The translations under genes and the position numbers were made by a program. From Burkholderiales bacterium (GTDB lineage: Bacteria; Pseudomonadota; Gammaproteobacteria; Burkholderiales; Thiobacteraceae), in NCBI GenBank assembly GCA_018781585.1, contig JADMJT010000006.1, positions 11,116 to 75,115 on the forward strand: a DNA stretch of 64,000 nucleotides, given 5' to 3'. Numbering within the stretch: position 1 is the first letter of the stretch; every line of letters starts with the position of its first letter. Below the pieces are notes generated by a model. The model was not told the DNA's origin. It made no database searches and saw nothing but the letters and a program-made list of their open reading frames with translations. Positions 60,696 to 64,000 of the stretch are shown one piece after another.

Positions 60696-61985
60696 GTGAA
60701 AAAACCACATGAAACTTTATTGCACACCCTGCTGCTCTCTCTTGCACTCGCTGCCGCAGGTGCAAGCCATGCGCAGGACTACGAAGCCCCGGCCAATCTC
60801 AAAGCCAGCGATTTCGCACCGGCCGTACTCATGAAAGGTGCGCTCTACACGGTCGACGACCAAGTCAGCATTGAGGGCGGCATGCCACGCTTCACCATCC
60901 GCTCCCCCTACGGCACATGGCAGGCACGCGGCGTCGGCATGCTTGAGATTCGTGTTTCCGAATTACCCGCTTTCCAGGAGCTGACTAAAATCAGCAAGTC
61001 CGATGAGTTTCTCAAATCCGCCAAAACCGCCGTGGGCGATCAGGCCAAGACCGTAGGCCAACTCGTCCAGCATCCGGTCGACACCGTCGGCAATATTGCA
61101 TCCGGTATCGGCATTCTGGCCACCCGCGCCGGCACCCTGGTAAGCTCGGGCGCCACGCGGGTCGGCGATACCGTCAACGGCGACACCAAAGCGCAAAAGC
61201 CTATCCTCAAAGCGGTGGAAACGGCGGCAGGCACGGCCGAGCCGCGCAAAATCATCGGCGGCCCCCTGGGCTACAATCAAAAACGCCGCGAGTGGGCACG
61301 CCTGCTCAAGGTCGACCCCTATACCAACAACGCGGCGCTGTCCGACAAGCTTGGGGACTTCGCTTCGGCGAGCTTTGCCGGTAGCTTTCCCGTCAACGCC
61401 ACCGTCGGCGTAGTGGCGGCGCCGCTGTCTTATACGACCACACTCAACCAGGCAGCCCAACTCGAAGCATCCCAGTATCCGCCTATCGACGTTGAAAGCC
61501 GCAACGAAACCCGGCTCAAAAAAATGGGCATCGAGGGCCTTCCGGTGCGCACGCTATTCCGCAACAGCTACTTCACGCCCACCCTGCAGACATCTCTGGT
61601 GCTCGCTCTGGAGTCCTTGGGCAATGTTGCAGGACGCGCCGATGTCGTCACCTTTGCCAGCCGCGCCGCATCAGACGATGAAGCGCGCTACGTCATCAAC
61701 TCGGTGCTGGTGCTGGCGCGTCACAGCCAAACTGTCGGCGCACTCACCAGTGTGCGCGCTGCCGACAACGTGCTCGCTGGCGGCGCCGCTAATGGCAAGG
61801 TCGTCGTCCCTGTCCCCTTGGACTATATTCCTTGGGTCAAAGCAGTCGATGACTTCTCCCAACGCAAGGATCTGAACGGCACCGAGCGCTGGCTGCTGAT
61901 CACGGGCAAGATGACGCCCAAGGCAACGCAAGAACTCGGCAAACGTGGCTGGCGCGTAGCGGAAAACCTCGCGGCGGCCAAATAG
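60696..61985 (+). CDS. Exported hypothetical protein
   Basis: Signal peptide SHA-Q; likely GTG start 60696 (ATG 60666 possible). Confidence 0.75.
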   Translation: MKKPHETLLHTLLLSLALAAAGASHAQDYEAPANLKASDFAPAVLMKGALYTVDDQVSIEGGMPRFTIRSPYGTWQARGVGMLEIRVSELPAFQELTKISKSDEFLKSAKTAVGDQAKTVGQLVQHPVDTVGNIASGIGILATRAGTLVSSGATRVGDTVNGDTKAQKPILKAVETAAGTAEPRKIIGGPLGYNQKRREWARLLKVDPYTNNAALSDKLGDFASASFAGSFPVNATVGVVAAPLSYTTTLNQAAQLEASQYPPIDVESRNETRLKKMGIEGLPVRTLFRNSYFTPTLQTSLVLALESLGNVAGRADVVTFASRAASDDEARYVINSVLVLARHSQTVGALTSVRAADNVLAGGAANGKVVVPVPLDYIPWVKAVDDFSQRKDLNGTERWLLITGKMTPKATQELGKRGWRVAENLAAAK

Positions 61986-62016
61986 CCCGCGTGATCGTGG
62001 CTTGAAAGGGGAAACC

Positions 62017-62760
62017 ATGATTAACTTGGATACCATTCGCCACGGCCTGGAGCATAGCGAGTTCTTCCTCGAGTATCAGCCCATCATCGATCTCGATCAG
62101 GGGCGCTGCGTCGGCGCAGAGGCGCTGGTGCGCTGGCAGCGCCCGACAGGCGTTCTACTCCCCGATGATTTCATTCCGTTGATCGAGAAAACGCCGCTTT
62201 CGGGGCTGGTCGCATATTGGGTGATCGACCAAGTAGCGAAAGAATTGGGGGGCTGGCTCCAGGCCCAGCAAGGCGTCGAGATGCACATCAATGTGCCGCC
62301 CGAAATCCTGGGCCGGGGCGGGCTGGAGTATGCCGCGCAGAAGTCCGGTCTACAGGATGTCAAGGATAAGATCGTACTGGAAATCACCGAACGCGGCGTG
62401 CCGGACCAGATCGGATTGGATGCACTCGACTATGCAGCGCGTCACGGCATAAGACTTGCCCTGGACGATGTCAGAATTGATCCCGCCAGCATGCTGATCC
62501 TGTCGCGAAGCAACGTGAGCATCATCAAGATCGATAAGAGCGCACTGCAGGACATCGGCGACGGTGGCGCTCCGCCTTGGGCCGAGACCTTGGCGGTGTT
62601 GCTGAAGACTACGGACATCAAGGTGATCGCCGAGGGTGTGGAGACGGCCGAGCAGCTTGCCGTGCTGAAGGCGGCGGGCGTTCGGCGGGCACAGGGGTTT
62701 TATTTCTCACCGGCCCTGCGCGCGGACCTTTTCCTGCGCTATTTCGAGCGTCAGGCCTGA
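62017..62760 (+). CDS. Stand-alone EAL-domain protein
   Basis: YQPI, EALVRW, EITE, LDD, IKID, AEGVET, QGFYFS. Confidence 0.88.
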   Translation: MINLDTIRHGLEHSEFFLEYQPIIDLDQGRCVGAEALVRWQRPTGVLLPDDFIPLIEKTPLSGLVAYWVIDQVAKELGGWLQAQQGVEMHINVPPEILGRGGLEYAAQKSGLQDVKDKIVLEITERGVPDQIGLDALDYAARHGIRLALDDVRIDPASMLILSRSNVSIIKIDKSALQDIGDGGAPPWAETLAVLLKTTDIKVIAEGVETAEQLAVLKAAGVRRAQGFYFSPALRADLFLRYFERQA

Positions 62761-62762
62761 AT

Positions 62763-64000
62763 CTAGAATGGCGAGCCCAGGAACATGAAGCCGGTACGAT
62801 GGCCGCCCTCCCCCAATCCCAGCCCGACATAGAGCGGGCCAATCGGCGTATCCGAGCCCACGAACACGCTGCCATTGAGCAAGCCATCACCCAAATCGAT
62901 ATCGGCTTTTCTTTGCCACACGTTGCCGTATTCGATCGAGGCGCCGATGAACGCCGGCAGTATTTTCAACTCGGAAAAGTTGCGATAGATCGCGGCGGTG
63001 GCGACACCGCTATGCTGGCCGCTCAACTGGTTCTGCGCATAACCCGATAGCCGCAGAAAACCGCCCAAGCGGTATCGACTCTCGACTGGCGCATTGTCGT
63101 TAAAGGTGGTGTTGTAGCGCAACCCGCCAACCACCGTGTTCCGGCCCCACGTGTAGGCGTGGACATAATTCAGATTGCCTTGGTTAAAGCTGCTGTCCGA
63201 ACCCAATGATTTCTTGGCGGTGCTCAGCTCCAATATCGCTTTGTTGCCCGCAGTCGGGAACAGGACATTATCCAGTTTGTCTTCATACAAGCGCGCGTAA
63301 AGCTGGCCCAGATGGAAATTATAGCCGTCCAGTGTTGGGTCGCCGACCACCACATCGGTTGTGCCATAGGCCCTGCGGTAACCGATGCGCCCCTCTCCCC
63401 AGGTGCCGAAATTGCGGCCGGCGGCCAAATCGATCCCCAAGCGCCGAATGTTGAACTCGGAAGAAACGTCGTCGCCTTTGTAGTTCTGGAATCGATTGCG
63501 TGCCGCAGCGATCCTTGCGTTCAAAAAGTATTTGGAGCCTACATCGAGCGGCTGATACAACTCGGCGGCAAGTCCATTGTCCTGACCAAGTTGCAGTGCC
63601 AGACGAAGCTCCCCGTTGAGCGCATTGATGGCGGTGCGCGTGTAGAGCACGCCCAGGTTGTAGGAAGTATCCCCCTGAAAATCGTCCGTCAGTTCCAGGC
63701 CGAATTGCAGGTAGTTGGGGCCCCAGGTTTTTTCCTTGGCATGCAGCACCACGCCGCTTTGTCCGTTCTCCTGCACCACCTCATAGCGCACGCTCTCGAA
63801 CACATCCAGTCCATAGACCTCGCCAATGTCCGCGTCCATCTTTGCGGGATCCAAGGGCTGGCCCGGTTGCAAGGAAATGCGCGCCAGTATGACGGCGTCG
63901 CTGATGCGGGATTTGTTATCGAGGCGCACGAAATCGACGACCGGCGGCGTAGCGACGACTTCACGCTTGGCCATGAGTTGCCGATAGCTGGCCAAATCGA
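62763..64000 (-). CDS. C-terminal POTRA + Omp85 beta-barrel, probably of a patatin-like (PlpD-type) protein; 5' part outside the window
   Basis: POTRA-like segment, KTWGPNYLQFG, LGGFLRLSG, DTPIGPLY, terminal F; the patatin domain itself is not visible. Confidence 0.72.
   Translation of the reverse strand, partial: DLASYRQLMAKREVVATPPVVDFVRLDNKSRISDAVILARISLQPGQPLDPAKMDADIGEVYGLDVFESVRYEVVQENGQSGVVLHAKEKTWGPNYLQFGLELTDDFQGDTSYNLGVLYTRTAINALNGELRLALQLGQDNGLAAELYQPLDVGSKYFLNARIAAARNRFQNYKGDDVSSEFNIRRLGIDLAAGRNFGTWGEGRIGYRRAYGTTDVVVGDPTLDGYNFHLGQLYARLYEDKLDNVLFPTAGNKAILELSTAKKSLGSDSSFNQGNLNYVHAYTWGRNTVVGGLRYNTTFNDNAPVESRYRLGGFLRLSGYAQNQLSGQHSGVATAAIYRNFSELKILPAFIGASIEYGNVWQRKADIDLGDGLLNGSVFVGSDTPIGPLYVGLGLGEGGHRTGFMFLGSPF

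Overview
This is a betaproteobacterial chromosome segment (the lineage is inferred from gene order and protein style, Nitrosomonadales-like) in three parts. (1) 1-22.9 kb is housekeeping: the gyrA-serC-serA-pheA-hisC-aroF-tyrA operon ending in an in-frame aroA-cmk fusion, then ompA-mtaD-ubiG-gph, an OxyR-like regulator with rubrerythrin/rubredoxin/reductase, an iorAB-xdhC-mocA molybdoenzyme cluster and a Fic gene. (2) The tmRNA gene (22957-23323) is followed by a ~28 kb integrated element ending at a degenerate copy of the ssrA 3' end (~51587-51604). Its backbone is a P4-type integrase, XRE regulator, protease-less Lon-like AAA+ ATPase, free-standing LAGLIDADG protein, second tyrosine recombinase, structured non-coding region and AlpA. 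Its cargo is defence-rich: type III R-M with a nested Lamassu/ABC-3C system, a RelE-UvrD helicase, Mrr, an XRE-peptidase/PIN pair, a RelE/XRE toxin-antitoxin pair and several uncharacterised candidates. (3) 52-64 kb holds a FixLJ-like two-component set, a run of seven uncharacterised exported/outer-membrane proteins, an EAL protein and the 3' part of a POTRA/Omp85 (patatin-PlpD-like) gene. No CRISPR array, rRNA, tRNA or phage structural genes were seen. All family assignments come from motif recognition by eye, not database searches.
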